Of a DNA stretch of 64,000 nt, positions 1-13,000 are shown in pieces. Each line of letters opens with the position of its first letter. The first letter of the stretch is position 1. The notes below the pieces were generated by a model, which had not been told where the DNA came from, did no database searches, and saw only the letters and a program-made list of their open reading frames with translations. The translations under genes were made by a program, and so were the position numbers. The DNA comes from Euglena gracilis. Taxonomy: Eukaryota. Location of the stretch: contig CP154954.1 of NCBI GenBank assembly GCA_039621445.1, forward strand, positions 38,487,703 through 38,551,702. The letters run 5' to 3'.

Positions 1-140
1 TAAAGGGGGCTCCACAGCTCAGCTCAGTTGGGAGATGGCTGGAAAAAAAGTGCTGGCTTGCTGGCTGGACCATTCCCCCTGCCCCCTCTGGGGGTAGGGT
101 GGGGTCCGGCTTCAGAAATTCCCTGGCATACACCCATGGG

Positions 141-3100
141 TCAGCACACGGTGCAGTCGCCCTTCCGCCCGGGCTTCCCGTCAGAAGTCCGCCCGCCCTT
201 GGCCAGCGCCGCCTGCACCTCCTCCGCCACCGCCGGGGGAAGGTCCAGACCGCGGGCCAGCATGAGGGGGTCCCCCGGCTGCAGCTCCGGCGCCAGCGAG
301 GCCAGCGTCGCACTGCGGCGGACCGGTCGAGGCCATCCGGGTTCCGCTGGCGGTTACGGGGGGAGGGGGGCTGGACTGGCCCGGGGGGGGGGGGTGGTTG
401 GAGGTGAGAGGCAGAAGGAAGGTAGCCCAACCCTATGGGGGCTATGGGGGGGGGGGGCGACACACTTGCCCGGCAGCGGCACACAGAACTTCAGGTTGAA
501 CAGCCGGTACTGCTCCTCCTCTGGCACGCGGTTGTTCTCGTTCTTGAGTTTGGCTGCACAGAGCGGCGGCAACAATTATGTCCAAATGATTGCAAAAATG
601 CGCAAAGGAAGAAGCCTCATTCTATTTTCTCTGGGTAGCTTCCTCTTGAAATGAAACAACCCCCCCCAAATGACCTGGCAGGGCGCCCAACTCCTGGAAC
701 CATCATTTTGGCTTGCCCCTCGCCAAGTTATTTGCCAGGGGCAAGGACCCAACTAGTTTATTTGGGGGTTACAGGAGCGAAAACAGGTGTAACCGCACAT
801 TTGTGATCCTCCAACCCAAAGGTGTTGAGGGAATACAAAACATTTCCAGGTGGATGTGGGGGTCCAGAACCCCGTTGGTGTCCTGTGCATGACACTCTTT
901 CCTTGAATGCATTATACAACTCCCATTGAATGTGGTTTCAGTCGTTTGCCTTTTCATGCTGCCATGACCTCTGGAAACTCATTCCTCACTCCTGGAGGCA
1001 CACATACGTTGGCGAGAGATACACAGGTTGGGGCAAATGTGAAAAAATTGACAGATGGCAAACCAATGTGGCCACCATTGGCACCCAGGTGACCAATTGA
1101 CAACTTCGGTGACTCACCCACTGCCCTCTATCCCTCCAGGTTGTTACGTGAAAGATCAGCAGGTTCAGGATTGGCAATACCTTTCTGGGAGGCATGACTG
1201 CAAAAGATTCGTCACGGTGAAAAATGGCCATCGAAATCCGCGAAAACTGAGAATGCCCTCTCCCCCGAGCCCAGCGGCCCAAATCCCCACGTCGAGCAGG
1301 CCGAGGCACACCTTGGGCGCAGACCTGGTCCACCACTTTGCCCACCACCCACCGCCGGCTGAAGTACATGTGGCACGGGGCCAGGGCCGGGAGGGCCGGG
1401 CGAGGGAAGGCGGGACGGAGAGGGAGGGCGGGCAATCCCTAACGGCTCAAACACGCCCCCCCCCCCCCCTGTGGCCGGGCGGGGCGGGCCGCCGGGCCCT
1501 GGGAGGGGGCGCGGCGATCTCGGGGGCGAAGTAGACCGGGAACACGACGCGGTCCTGAGAGGACGATGGCGGAGGCACAGGGGGTGAGCCAGAATGGACC
1601 TCGGCATAAAAAGGCAAACAAAGCTCGAAAAACAACAACAAAGCAAACAAAGCAAATGGGGGGGGGGAGGGGGCAGCTCACAGTTTATGCCTTTTGGAGG
1701 TCCAGGCATGACACCCGGGTACAAACTGGTTCTATGGCATGCACCAATTACTTGTACAACGTCACACAAATATCATTTAGAGGGTCCCACATCACTCCAG
1801 TTTGAAACTCCGCAAATGCAAATTTATTTTTTGTAGCATTTAAATATTTAAATACAACAAAGAGACCAGATTTCTGGCCTGAATTTGGGCATGGCTGTTG
1901 AGCCTGTGAAAACCATTTTTTTGACCCCTGAAACATCAAAGTAAATGGCACTTCGAGGTTTTCTCCTTAAAATTGAGTTTAAAGGTGCCTTTACCCTCCA
2001 GTATTTAGCCAAAATGATTATTGGGGGGTAATAGCTGCCCAAAAATTTCGAAAATTTTCGAAGTCTCCCATGGTACCCAAAATAGCACCCAATAACCCCC
2101 CTTTGGGGTCATTTTTGCACTTTCTCATGAAATCGAGCATTTTTGAAGACCAGATGATCATAAAAGTCAACCTTTTTCTGTGATTTATTATCAGAGATGG
2201 TGATTTTTACCAACTTTTTCAGGTTTGGCCCGAAATTGGGGGGGGTATTCATTCGGTGACCGAAGTCGGACCCCGAGAGGGGGGGGGTATTATTTGGGGG
2301 AGGGTTTACAATAACATACTTTATCTGACCTTCTCAAACACACCACACAGAATTTCCACTTTGAACACAACACCCCTCACACTCGCCTCCTGTTTTCACT
2401 TTTCTCTTGTGGTCAAGCAAAATTAAAATGAGTTTTAGTCATTTGCGCAAATCAACCTTTTGAATCGCCAGTATATGTACACATTTGCGCACACCAACCA
2501 CCCAAATATACTGGCGATGCCCTTGGGGCTGGGTCCAGCACCATAAGAATATAAAAAAAAATTACAACAATTTCATCAGATTCAATTTCCAGCTCCAAAA
2601 ACGCTAACGTAGGGGGTCTTGGCTGGTTTTAAACATGGGTGTTGCGGGCAATGCACACATCGTCCATGTGTGCACTTGCGCACACCGACATTGTTTTTGC
2701 TGCTTTGTGGGTGTGACAGAGTCTTAAACATCAGTGGGTAGTGAAAAATAACTTGCCGCCGACTCAACAGGTGACAGGTGGCAATCCTGTGTTCTTTGTT
2801 CCCACCTCATCAACCAATAGCGGCAGAGTTCTCTAACAGCCCATTTCAACCTATTATTTTATATTTTTTTCATTTGTTGAATGTGAAAATCCACTCCATT
2901 TGTAACCAACTTCAAAAACCTCCACACCGCAGTTTAGGTTCAGAAAGCAAGCAAAGAGGTGGACCTGCCACCCCACCTCCAGAACGCCACCAGGAGGTAG
3001 TTGTCACACAAGAAGGGGGGGGGGTAAAAAGAGGAGTCTTTGTGTCCTTTTAATAAATTTCTCTCTTTGGGGGGGGTGAGTCCCGGTGATTTCGCACGTC

Positions 3101-6100
3101 GACGAGTTCGTTCAGCAGGCCAGACAGCATGTCGTGACAGTGTTCTGTTCTTTTTTGTTCGCAAGGCGTTGATCGTTGTCATTTCATGCATTTTTTTGAC
3201 CGTGAAAGATCACTCCCAGCCGAAATCTATGGAGGCAATGCAGAGACAGAAGTTGCGTGGGCAGAGTCCATTTCATTCCAGTGAGATTCTGTGGGGTAGT
3301 GGAAAACATCCACTTATGCGGCCAAACTCGCACTGGAGCTGTTTTGCGTCGGTGCGCACATTTGTGCACACCGATGCAATTTTTATCTTTGGAGGGTTGA
3401 TGTCCAGGTTTTTGAACTGCTTGTGACGTGCTGGAACTCCACTCGGAGGTTTTCACAATTTTCCAGCGGTGGCACCTGGGGGAATCTGAAAATCTTGGTC
3501 TTTTTGACACAATGAAAATAAACAAAATCATCCCCCAATTGAGAAAGCACCGACCTGAGAAGAGCACAATGCTCAATGGTTGATAAATGCGGAAAATACC
3601 GCAGAAAATGCATCATCACAAGAAGAAGGGCAGACAGCAGGGGGGGGGGGGACTGGAGGCACCTCGGAGGCCACGCTGGTGGGGCCGATGGCAGTCTGCG
3701 GGGTGTTGGCGAACCGCTGGGCCCCTAGCAGCAGGCACCAACGGTCATTTGTCATTTTGGGGCTCTGGTCGGCCTGGTCGGCCCTGGCCAGCAAATACTT
3801 GGCTGCAATCAGGGTGCATGCCAGTAAAAGAAAATAAAAAATAAGTCATAGAAATAAAAAAATAAAAATAAAATAAGTCATACCCCCCCCGGGCAATTGT
3901 CGCGTGACAAATTGGGCAGCACGGAGGGCGGTGACAATTTCCCGGGGTGACAATTTTGCCGGCACAGAGAGGGGTGACAATTACCCGGGGGCGTCAATTG
4001 CCCGGGGGCGTCAATTGCCCACCAATGTTAGCCACATTTGAACTAAATGACCAAGAACACCATCTAAATGACCAAGAACACCATCTGAAACACAAGTGAG
4101 TGCAGGAAAAATAATCTATGGTCGTGATATTGTGCAGAGCGTTTGGTATGCGAAAATTCTCAGCGCGTTGCAGCGAAATAGAAGATCAATTGAGTCATGC
4201 GGCGAAAAGAAAGTTCACAGAGCAATACTGCAAACGGGGGTGATAAATTGGGCAGCACGGAAGGGGGCGAAAATTTCCGGGGGGGGCAAATTGGCCGGCA
4301 CAACCAGGGGTGACAATTGCCCGGGGGCGTCAATTGCCCGGGGACGCCAATTGCCCGGGGGGGGGGGGGCACGGGTATGGAAAACAATATAATACAGTGA
4401 TAATAGTCATATACCACGACCACACAACACACTTCAATTTTTCTCAGGGTTATTTTGGGTCAGTGTGGCAATTTTCGTGCATTTTTGAGCACGTATTCTT
4501 GATGGAGTTGGCCATGTTTGGCCAATTTTAGCTGTTTTTGCTGGAGGTGAAGCATCCATAGACATTCATAGCACTTGCCGGCCCTCCGAGTTGCAGGTGT
4601 TATTTATTCTGATTATTACTGATATCATTGTTATCATTGCCATTACCATTGCTGTTATTTTATAATTCTCGTTGGATCGTTATCATTGTCATTACTACGC
4701 TATATATCCGTATTAATTTGTCACTTTTTCCAGTTGCCATTCTCCGGGTAGTCGGCAACGGTCGGGGCTGGTCAACTGTCGGTGCCTGCCCAGCAGGCCA
4801 ACTCGCCCCGCCGGCTCTACCGCCTCCTTCTTGGCCTGGGCCTGCAGCCTCCGGCAGGGCGGTCCGGGAAGACCCCTGAGGCGGGGAGGGGGAGGCAGCA
4901 GCAACCAGACCCCAACCGTGGGACGGGAGGGGGACCCCCGCCCACCCGCAGCGTTGCCGGGCGTCCCCGGCCCGCCCTGGCCGCCGGGCCCTCCGCTGCT
5001 GCTCCTCCCGCAGCCGGGGGCAGTCGTGGTCCTCCTGACAAGGGGAGGGGGGGGGAGGGGGGAACGCTCCTCCTGCGGAGCAGGTCAGCCCAGCACCCCC
5101 CAATCCGCGGACTGTGTCCCTACGCCCACTTCAACGGACAAGAGAGAGGGAGAGACAGGGAGTGGAGGGATGCCTCAGTCCAGACTTCACAAACCACGAC
5201 AGTGTGACGCGGGCGGTCTGCAGGCGGGTGATTGAGTGTCCGTCGGATGGCCAAAACGCCGACCCTGTCCGTCGTGGTACTGTTCTGTGCGGACAAAAGT
5301 CCTTTGGACTGGGAGTGAAAGCCAAAAATTGGTAACTGTGTAAAGGAAAATAAAAAAAAATGCCACCCGTGGAGAGGAAACCAAAATATTATTCTGCTCT
5401 GTAGAGCGCAGATTCCCCTTCTCAGACCGTCGCCCTTCAGGAATCCCAAACAGCATAGTACCCCCCCCCGCCTGTCCAACGACTGCTGAATATCGCTACT
5501 GACCGGGGGGGAGGGGTCGCTAATTTGTCCAAATATCGCTACTGACCGGGCGGGGGTGGTCGTTAGACAAGACCGGGGTCAACGTTTTCTTCTCCCGCTT
5601 CGCCCCAAGGGGGATGCTTCTGCACCGCATGCACCGCGTGTTTCGCATCGCGTGCGGCACCGCGCGCACCGTGCGGCACCGCATGAGCCGTGTGGCACCG
5701 CGCGACAAGAAGCAGGTACAACTAAAATGACTGAATGAGAGAAAAATGCATGCAAAAGCGCCCATCGATCACAAAATTGCAGTCACTGAATCTGTGCAAG
5801 TGACCACAAAATGGCCAAAGGGGCAAGAAGTGGATAAAAGCGATAGAAATGGCTAAAATGGCCACAAATATGCAAAAATAGCCAAAAGCAGCCGAAAATT
5901 GGTATAAATGAAGCAAAAAATGCATTCAAACAAAGTGGTCTGAATTGCCAAATGCAGCCCAAAATGGGCAAAAGTGGCCAAAAGTGGTCCAAACTGGCCA
6001 AAAAAAGGGGCCAAAAAAAGGCCAAAAGTTGCTGATTTGCAGGAAACTAGACAAAAAAAGTTGTGGGGGTGCAAAAACTTTGCAATTGTGTGGTCTATAC

Positions 6101-8497
6101 TCTGAGAGAACACAAACGTCTGGAAAAAATATCACCTGGAAAAATATCGCTACTGACCGGGGGGGGGGGGGGCGTTGGACAAGGGGGGCGAGGTACTGTG
6201 TACGAGGCTCAGAACTATATCTGGACGTATTAAAAATGGTTCTCACTTTTCATTTTTGACCCCGTTCGACCGCCAACTTGGCCGGCCCTTTGGCCAAGGG
6301 GGCGGTCCTTAAGAGACAGTCCTGAGTTTTAAAAAAAACTTGTCCTCCATGGACCTCCCTGTCTGGGGGGGGAGGTGTGGGAGAGGCAGCTGACCTGCAG
6401 GCGGTGTGGGACGCAGAAGGAGTTGCCGCATGCTTTGCAGCGGATGAGGACGTGCTCGTTGGCGGTGCAGTCCCGGAAGGCGCAGAAATTGAGGCGCTGG
6501 GGCTGCGGGGACGCGGTCTTCCCCTCCCGCGGGCAGCCCTAGGTGGGGGGGGGGGGGCACGCACGGTGGCGCTGCACATAAACTGGAAAAACAGTTTGGC
6601 GAGACGGGCACGCACTCACCATCACAATTGGGCTCACGGGGGTCCTGGGCCCCCCACCGTGGCTCTACTGGACAACCGCACACTGGCAAGCCGTCGTACC
6701 TTTTCCATGTGGACGGACACGGCGTGGTTTGGATCTTGGTTGTGAGCCGCAGGAAGGAGCGAATCAAATTCCATGTGAACTGACAATTCTGGCCAACATT
6801 CCTCCCCCATGACCCAGGGTCCTTGGGGGCACGAAGCACCAGAATTTCCTTTTGTTACACCCAAAACATGCCAGAGGTGTCCATTTTGGAACGTTGGGAA
6901 GGTATTTGGGATGAAAATACAAAAGAAATATGCACCATAACCTCGTCTCCACATTGGCGCAAAGCGACGGAAGACACTGTTTTTTTTCCTGTCGGGGGGG
7001 ACCAGACCCCCCCCATCTCCAGGGTGAAGTGGCCAGTGACTTTCCAGCTGGAGACTGCCAGCCAGTGGACCCTGGGATCCTTCAGCTTAGGCTTGCACAG
7101 CGATCCGGGCCCAATGGTCGTTTTGAAAGGACTGCCCCCAAAACAACAACAACAGGCTTGCCACCCGGGGAGGTCTGGCTCAGAGGATGAAAAATTTGGG
7201 CTGGCTGGAAAAAGGCTGCTGGTTGACCCCCCATGGCCACGCCCCATGCCCCAGGGCTGGAACAGGGCCTGACTGGGGGTTGAAACGGGTACCAAAAATC
7301 GAAACTGCAAAAATGTCAAAAAAATGGCAAATACAAAAAAACAACGATTTTTTGATCCAAAATTTGCCCTGGACAGCCCTTTTCTGACCCAATTTTCGCC
7401 CATTTTTGACCCGTTTTTGGCCGATTGTTGCACCCCCAAAAGTCAAAAATCTGTTGCCGTCCAGCAGCCCAAAGGTTGGTTGGAAATAAATAAAACTCGC
7501 TGATGGGTGGGGGGGGGAGGGAGGTGCAGGGCTGGAAAAAAGGCTGCTGGCTGAAAAAAGGCTGCTGGCGGGCTGGACCTCCCTGGGGTGCTGGGGTGGG
7601 GTCAAAGTCTCTTCTCGAGATGCGGCCTGTTTGCCGCGGGGTATGCATTTGCAAACAAACTGGGGGAGGAAAAAAGGCAATGCTCTTATGTGTAGTTGGG
7701 CATCTTCTCATTTGAGGGATGAAATGGAAATGACCCAGGGTTATAAATTGCCTGAAGGTCGATTTTTGTCAATCAATGGGATGTCAAAGGGGATGCCGTT
7801 ACCACCCGAATCAACAGGTTGTTCATGATAAACAAAACCCGTCCACCTCCCAAAGAGGAGAAAAAACTCATTTTTGAGTGTTTCTATTTTTTTGGAACTC
7901 CTCTTTGACAGCGAAAATGGGGGTGATAAGGCAGACAATACAGAGGGGGTTCTGGGGAGACACGCTGGCCGGCACATGGGGGGGGGGTTCATCAACATGT
8001 GTGTGGGAGGGGAGTTCGTTGTCAGCGGTGGTGCCACTGCTTTGGTGGCGAATGCATGGCGGATTATCTGAAAATGTGTGAGCTGCATCCATTCCAAACG
8101 GTTGCCAGTTGCACATACAGGGGGGGGGGCTTCCCATTCCAAGGTCTGCGAGTGGAGCCTTCGGCTGCCCCCCTCATTCGCACCGGACATGTTCGTGTGT
8201 GAGACCAAAGGTTGGCGATCTGCCCCTGGCCGTGGGGACCAACTGGCCGCACAGCGGGCACTCCGGCACCACCTTGTCGTAGTGGCCGCGGCAGTCGTGG
8301 CTGGCGAAGAGGCGATGGTCCTGCAGGCAACGGGACTGAAATGTGAGGCACATGGGGATGACACAAATGATGCACTTGACGGTTGCCCAAGCCGTGTGCA
8401 TCCCCTCTCCAAGAGGTGATCCCTTCGGCCACAGGGCTGGTGGAGTTAGGAGCACACATCGCACACATGTGCGCACGCACATGCGCATGCACGCTCG

Positions 8498-8535
<38 letters not shown>

Positions 8536-8754
8536 CACACACATATGCAAATATGTGCCCACACATGCACATCCGCATGCACAAGCACGCATGCACGCAC
8601 AAGGATGCACACACACACACACAGACACACACACACACACACACACACACACCTCACACAGGCTCTCCCCACACTTGTGACATGTGAAAGGAAGGTCCAC
8701 GAAAGTCCCGCAGCAGTGGCAGGGCTTCCCCTGCACCACGGATGCAAGTGACAT
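141..8754 (-). CDS. AN1-type zinc finger protein: two AN1 fingers (ZFAND2/AIRAP-like), ZFAND1-like ubiquitin-like domain, C-terminal CaaX; multi-exon
   Basis: Exons (minus): 8653-8754 MSLASVVQGKPCHCCGTFVDLPFTCHKCGESLCE; ~8227-8320 DHRLFASHDCRGHYDKVVPECPLCGQLVPT; 6700-~6742 NQDPNHAVSVHMEK; 6395-6538 GCPREGK..NFCAFRDCTANEHVLIRCKACGNSFCVPHRLQ; 4983-5034 EDHDCPRLREEQQRRAR; ~4820-4849 RLQAQAKKEA; 3663-~3724 RFANTPQTAIGPTSVASE; 1505-1554 DRVVFPVYFAPEIAAP; 1312-1376 PCHMYFSRRWVVGKVVDQVCAQ; 466-553 AKLKNENNRVPEEEQYRLFNLKFCVPLPG; 141-312 ATLASLAPELQPGDPLMLARG...KGDCTVC*. Most junctions are in-phase GT-AG; some are nonconventional. Family assignment by recalled motif similarity. Confidence 0.88.
1377..1504 (-). 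other. Nonconventional (non-GT-AG) intron
   Basis: 5' TCC-CAGGGCC pairs with 3' GGCCCTG-GCCCC; removal joins IAAP|PCHMYF in frame. Confidence 0.8.
3881..4377. mobile_element. MITE family A, copy 1
   Basis: TA-Cn-GGGCAATTG ... CAATTGCCC-Gn..TA ends; two ~115-bp direct arms of GTGACAATT / GGCGTCAATTGCCC motifs around a conserved core; homologous to 22970-23466 and 46728-47218. Confidence 0.85.
4850..4982 (-). other. Nonconventional intron with residual 8-nt direct repeat
   Basis: 5' GGC-CAGGGCGG / 3' CCGCCCTG-CCGGA; joins RRAR|RLQAQAKK; junction octamers CCGGCGGC vs CCGGAGGC (7/8). Confidence 0.7.
5459..6195. mobile_element. TA-flanked MITE family B
   Basis: TA-Cn..TGTCCAACG ... CGTTGGACAAG-Gn..TA; internal CTGACCGGGGGG..GGTCGTTAGACAAG motifs and low-complexity core. 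Confidence 0.75.
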
Positions 8755-10050
8755 ATGTGAGCCGGTCACATCAGGACGGCATGGCAAGGGCCCTGGAAAG
8801 AGCACAGACGGGCGGGAACACGCAGGCACCCCATCCCTGGTCCTAAAGGTTTGGACTGCAGGCTTGTCCTGCGAGACAGTTGGACAGAAATCATGGAGTG
8901 CGGCCTTGCCGCAGCGCATCAAAGATCAGATCCATTCCCACGATCCGATCCAGTTGGGGTAGACCCCCAAAATAGCAGCAACCGGTTTATTTGGGGGTTG
9001 GTTGTGTTTGGAATTTGCTGATTCTGCCGCTTTAATGCCATTTCCTTCATGTTGTCCAGTTAGAGGTCGCTTATATTTTGGGTGTCAGCCGAAAATCGGC
9101 CAAAATTACACCTTTGGAGAATAATTTGGATGAGTGAGTGCATTTTCATCAAATTATCTGAAGGAACTCAATCCTTGGGGTCAGTGATTTGATGAAAAAA
9201 ATGCAACTGCCTTCAAACTTGCCTGTTGGAGCTATGAACTCCTCAAATGGAAAAAAAAGGAGGAGGATGGCTCAGGGCTTGTAAGCCTCCTTGGTGTGCA
9301 CACGTTCCAGTCAGACATCCACTTAGTGTGTTCACAAAGACGCTGGTGAACACAAATTTTTTTTTGGTGAACACAAGTGAACACACTGAGAAATTTGGGT
9401 GAACAAGAAAAAAAGAAGGCTTTTTAAGGATTTTCTTAGCATGTGTCAGCGAATGTTTGAAAATCTTCTGCCTGGAGTGTTGCTTCGAAACGTCACAAAC
9501 ATTCTTATTCACATTCCGGGACGGCGTGCCATTTGCCAACCCCAAAGTATTGGGCTCAAGCAAGCAAAAAACGCTCTTGCAATGCCGCCACAGTTGTTCC
9601 TCTTTCCAAGACCCGGGTCAAAGTGCAACAAATCTCATTTTTCCATTCACGCCCGAACAAATGCCTATCCCCTTTTGGAGGGACAAAAAAAACTTTGATA
9701 TTCTTCGCAACACCTTTTTTGGTGAACACAAAAATACTTGGTGAACACATGCGAACATAAAAAATTGTGAACACAGGTGAACACAAAATTCCTCTTGGTG
9801 AACATGTGATACACAGAAAAGTTTTTTGGTGCACACTCTAAACGCCTGGCCCCGGCCTGGCTGTTGGCACTCCCTTGCCTGTGTTATGGTCCTTCAATTC
9901 TGGGGGGCTAGTTTGGGCATCGGTTTCGGCATGCGTGCCTGGGGGGCACTTGGCATCAATGCAAAGCCCCAGTGTGATAATCCACACTCTATTCACACAG
10001 GGTCAAGAGGCGGGGTCGACATTGACAGGGGGGACAGCCCAGGTCGGGGG

Positions 10051-13000
10051 CTACGGGGCGTAGTACGGCATGGGCCCGGGGCCGTAGCCGGTGATGGTGG
10101 GGGAGAAGGAGCGCAGCACGTTGGTACCGGGAAGCACGGGGCTGGCCGGGGCGAGCTGCGCACTGTGCTGCAGGGGCAGCAGCGGGTACCCGTGCCGGCC
10201 CGCCAATGCCTGTGTGTGTGTGTGTGTGTGTGGGGTGTGGGGAGAATACAACCCGTACGCAAACGATGGACCCGGGGAAATGCAACTTTGGGGCTTCAAA
10301 GATGTTCCCTTTTTTGCAAGTCGGGAAAGCGATTGGATTGGGGCTCAGGCTTCTCTTCAACCCCGGGGTTCTGTTTGGTTCTATTTGGGGGTCTTACATT
10401 TGGGGGGGGGCCTGCCACTATCCGCGGATCGGCCCTGCTCAGCCTGACAGGCAGCAGTGGGGCCGGGAGGCCGGGCGGGGGCCCTCGAGGTGGTACGCCT
10501 GCAGCTTGGTGGCCGGCTGCAGGGGGACGGTCGAGGGGGGCACGCCCGCACGGCGGCGTTGGGGGACCACCGGGCCGGGGGGTGTCGCCCAACCCGTTCG
10601 TGGCCCATGGTTGGAACCTTTGAAAGCAAAAACGCCGCTTCTGTTCAGTTCATTCATCGGCGGACCTCCGACGGTCCTCCACGGTCCCCCCACCTGTCTG
10701 CGTGCGGCTCTGGGCCTGGGTCAGTAGTCGCTCAAGACCCGAAGCGTTCAGGCCGCCGAGAGGGGGGGAGGGGCAAACGCCGCCGCGGCCCAACAGAGGC
10801 GGAGGGGGCGCGTAGGGCGGCGCGGCGGGGGCGGCCGGGGCGGCGGCGGCGGGCGGCCCGGCGGCGTGGGAGGAGGGGCGGCGGGGCTGGGCGGCGGCGA
10901 TCATCTCCGGGGCCAGGCCGGGGCCCCCTCTGCCCCGGGGGACGGAGGGGGGGGGGGCAAATCGCCGAGCCGAAAAATCCCCCAAATCGGCCAAAAATGC
11001 CATTTTGGGCACTCTTTTGGGAAAATATGCCCAAAAATGACCTTTTTTGGGTGAGGGTTAGGTTTTGGGTGGGTGGATGGGTTGGTTGACCCCCGGGTGA
11101 GGGGCGGGGTCATGGGTGGGTGGGTTTTCGAAAAGTTGGTGGGTGGGCTTGGGCCCGGGGGTCAACTCCTTCCCAGGGAGTCGCTAAATGAAACTTTGTT
11201 CCGGGCCCCTGGCTCCCAGAAAATCTGAAATCCTGACTTTTGGTTATCTGAAGCATCTGCGGATGCTCTGCGGAGGCTCCTCCAGGCAACCAATTTTGTT
11301 GGGACCGACCAGTCTTTTTGGTGCTGATTACAAAGTGGAGATGAACTGCGGAGTCGGGTTAGGTTCGGGGTGGAGGAGGGGGGTCACCCCTCCTCCTGCA
11401 GCGAGCAGCGTTCCGGACCATAGATTCACTTAACACCTGTGTGACTTCCCGGGGGTTTTCGAGTGTGAGGGGTGGGTTGGGGCCTCTGGACCCACCCCGG
11501 GGGGTGTGGGGTGTGCCATGAGTTGGTCAGGGTCTGGAATCTTCTCTTTGCATTGAACCATGGGGGGGGGGCTCTTTGGGGGGAAGGTTGTGCCGACGAC
11601 CGTCGTGCGGGGGGGGGGGGCTAAGGCTGGGCGGGGGGGGGCATTGGGGCCACCGCCTGTGCGGGGTGATGCCCTTGACGTAGGCGAACCCATCGGAGGG
11701 CTCTGCGGCCGTCGGGGGCGGGCGAGGCCGGTCCCCCGTCGCGGCGGAGGTCTGCGGGGGCGGCGAGGGGGAGGGCGGCGCAGGCCGGCTGCGGCTGGGC
11801 CGTCTGGGGTGGCCAGAGGGTGCACACTGGGCCACCGTGCGGAGCGCGGCGTGGGAGGGATTGCTGGGGGCATGCGAGGGGAACCGGGGCACGACACCCA
11901 AAAAAAGATGAATTATTTGCGTCCAGCCCGGGGAGGAACGAAGGGCGGGCCGGGGTTTTGGCGCCGCCGGGAAACCCCGAAAATTTTATTTCTTTGTGTC
12001 TTTTTTCGGGTCATTCCAAATTGCAATTTGTCAGGGGCCCTTCTTGACAGTCAGAGCTTGGCCAATAAATCCTTATCTTCAGCCTGAACACATAACCCCC
12101 TCGCCATTGAGAAATTGGTTTGTCGGACCTGTTTGCTTGGTCGGCAGGGTGGGAGGGGGGGGAAGAGTTGCAAAAATGTGCTGGCGATGTGTCAGAGGGG
12201 TGGGGGGGGTGGGGGAGAAGAGCAAGACCAAAATGAATGAGTCCCTTCCCCCGAGGCCGGGCCTGGACAGAGAGGGGCCGGAGGGGGGCGGGGGCAGCGT
12301 GGGCGACGCCGTCATCCCCCGGCCCGCCGTTCGTGCCCGCAGCCCTCCCCACGCCACTGCTTGGCCGCACGCAAGAGGGCGGCGGGGACGGACCCATCCA
12401 TCGTAACGGGACACTCGAACCCCAGTTTGTAGTGGCGGAGTTTTGGGGGGGGGGTCGACCCCCTTCTTTTGAAGGCGCCAAAAGAAATTTCTGGCCTGAA
12501 AATTGGCGCCGCTGGAAATACGGGAAGGCCAGGTGAGGGGTGGTTGGACCTGCCAGGAAGGGGGGTCGATGATAGTCCGAGTGATAAGTTAGATGTCCGT
12601 GGGGGGGGGGGCGAACCCACCTAAACATTGATGCAGCCAAAAAAATTATGCACCAACAATTTTTACGCCCCAAATTGGCAAATTGGATCGGTTTTAGGTT
12701 AAAACTTGCCAAAAATTTTCGGAACCTAGCGCTGGAGAAAAAGCCCTTTCGGGGGGTGGACGACCATTTTGGGCAGTTTTTGGCAAAAAAAGGACAAAAA
12801 AAATTTCGGCGTGGAGCACCGGAAGGAAAAATCCGACCTTTTCTGGAGAGGAGTCCCGGGTCCCCCAGGGTCGGTCCAGACCCCTTGGCAGGTGTGGGGG
12901 GGGGGTCCGGATCCCGCCGTCTGGCCCACGAGGGGGAGGGAACTTCTCCCTCTAACCCGAACACCCTCCTTATCGAACCCTGGTCGCTCCCCCCCCCCCA

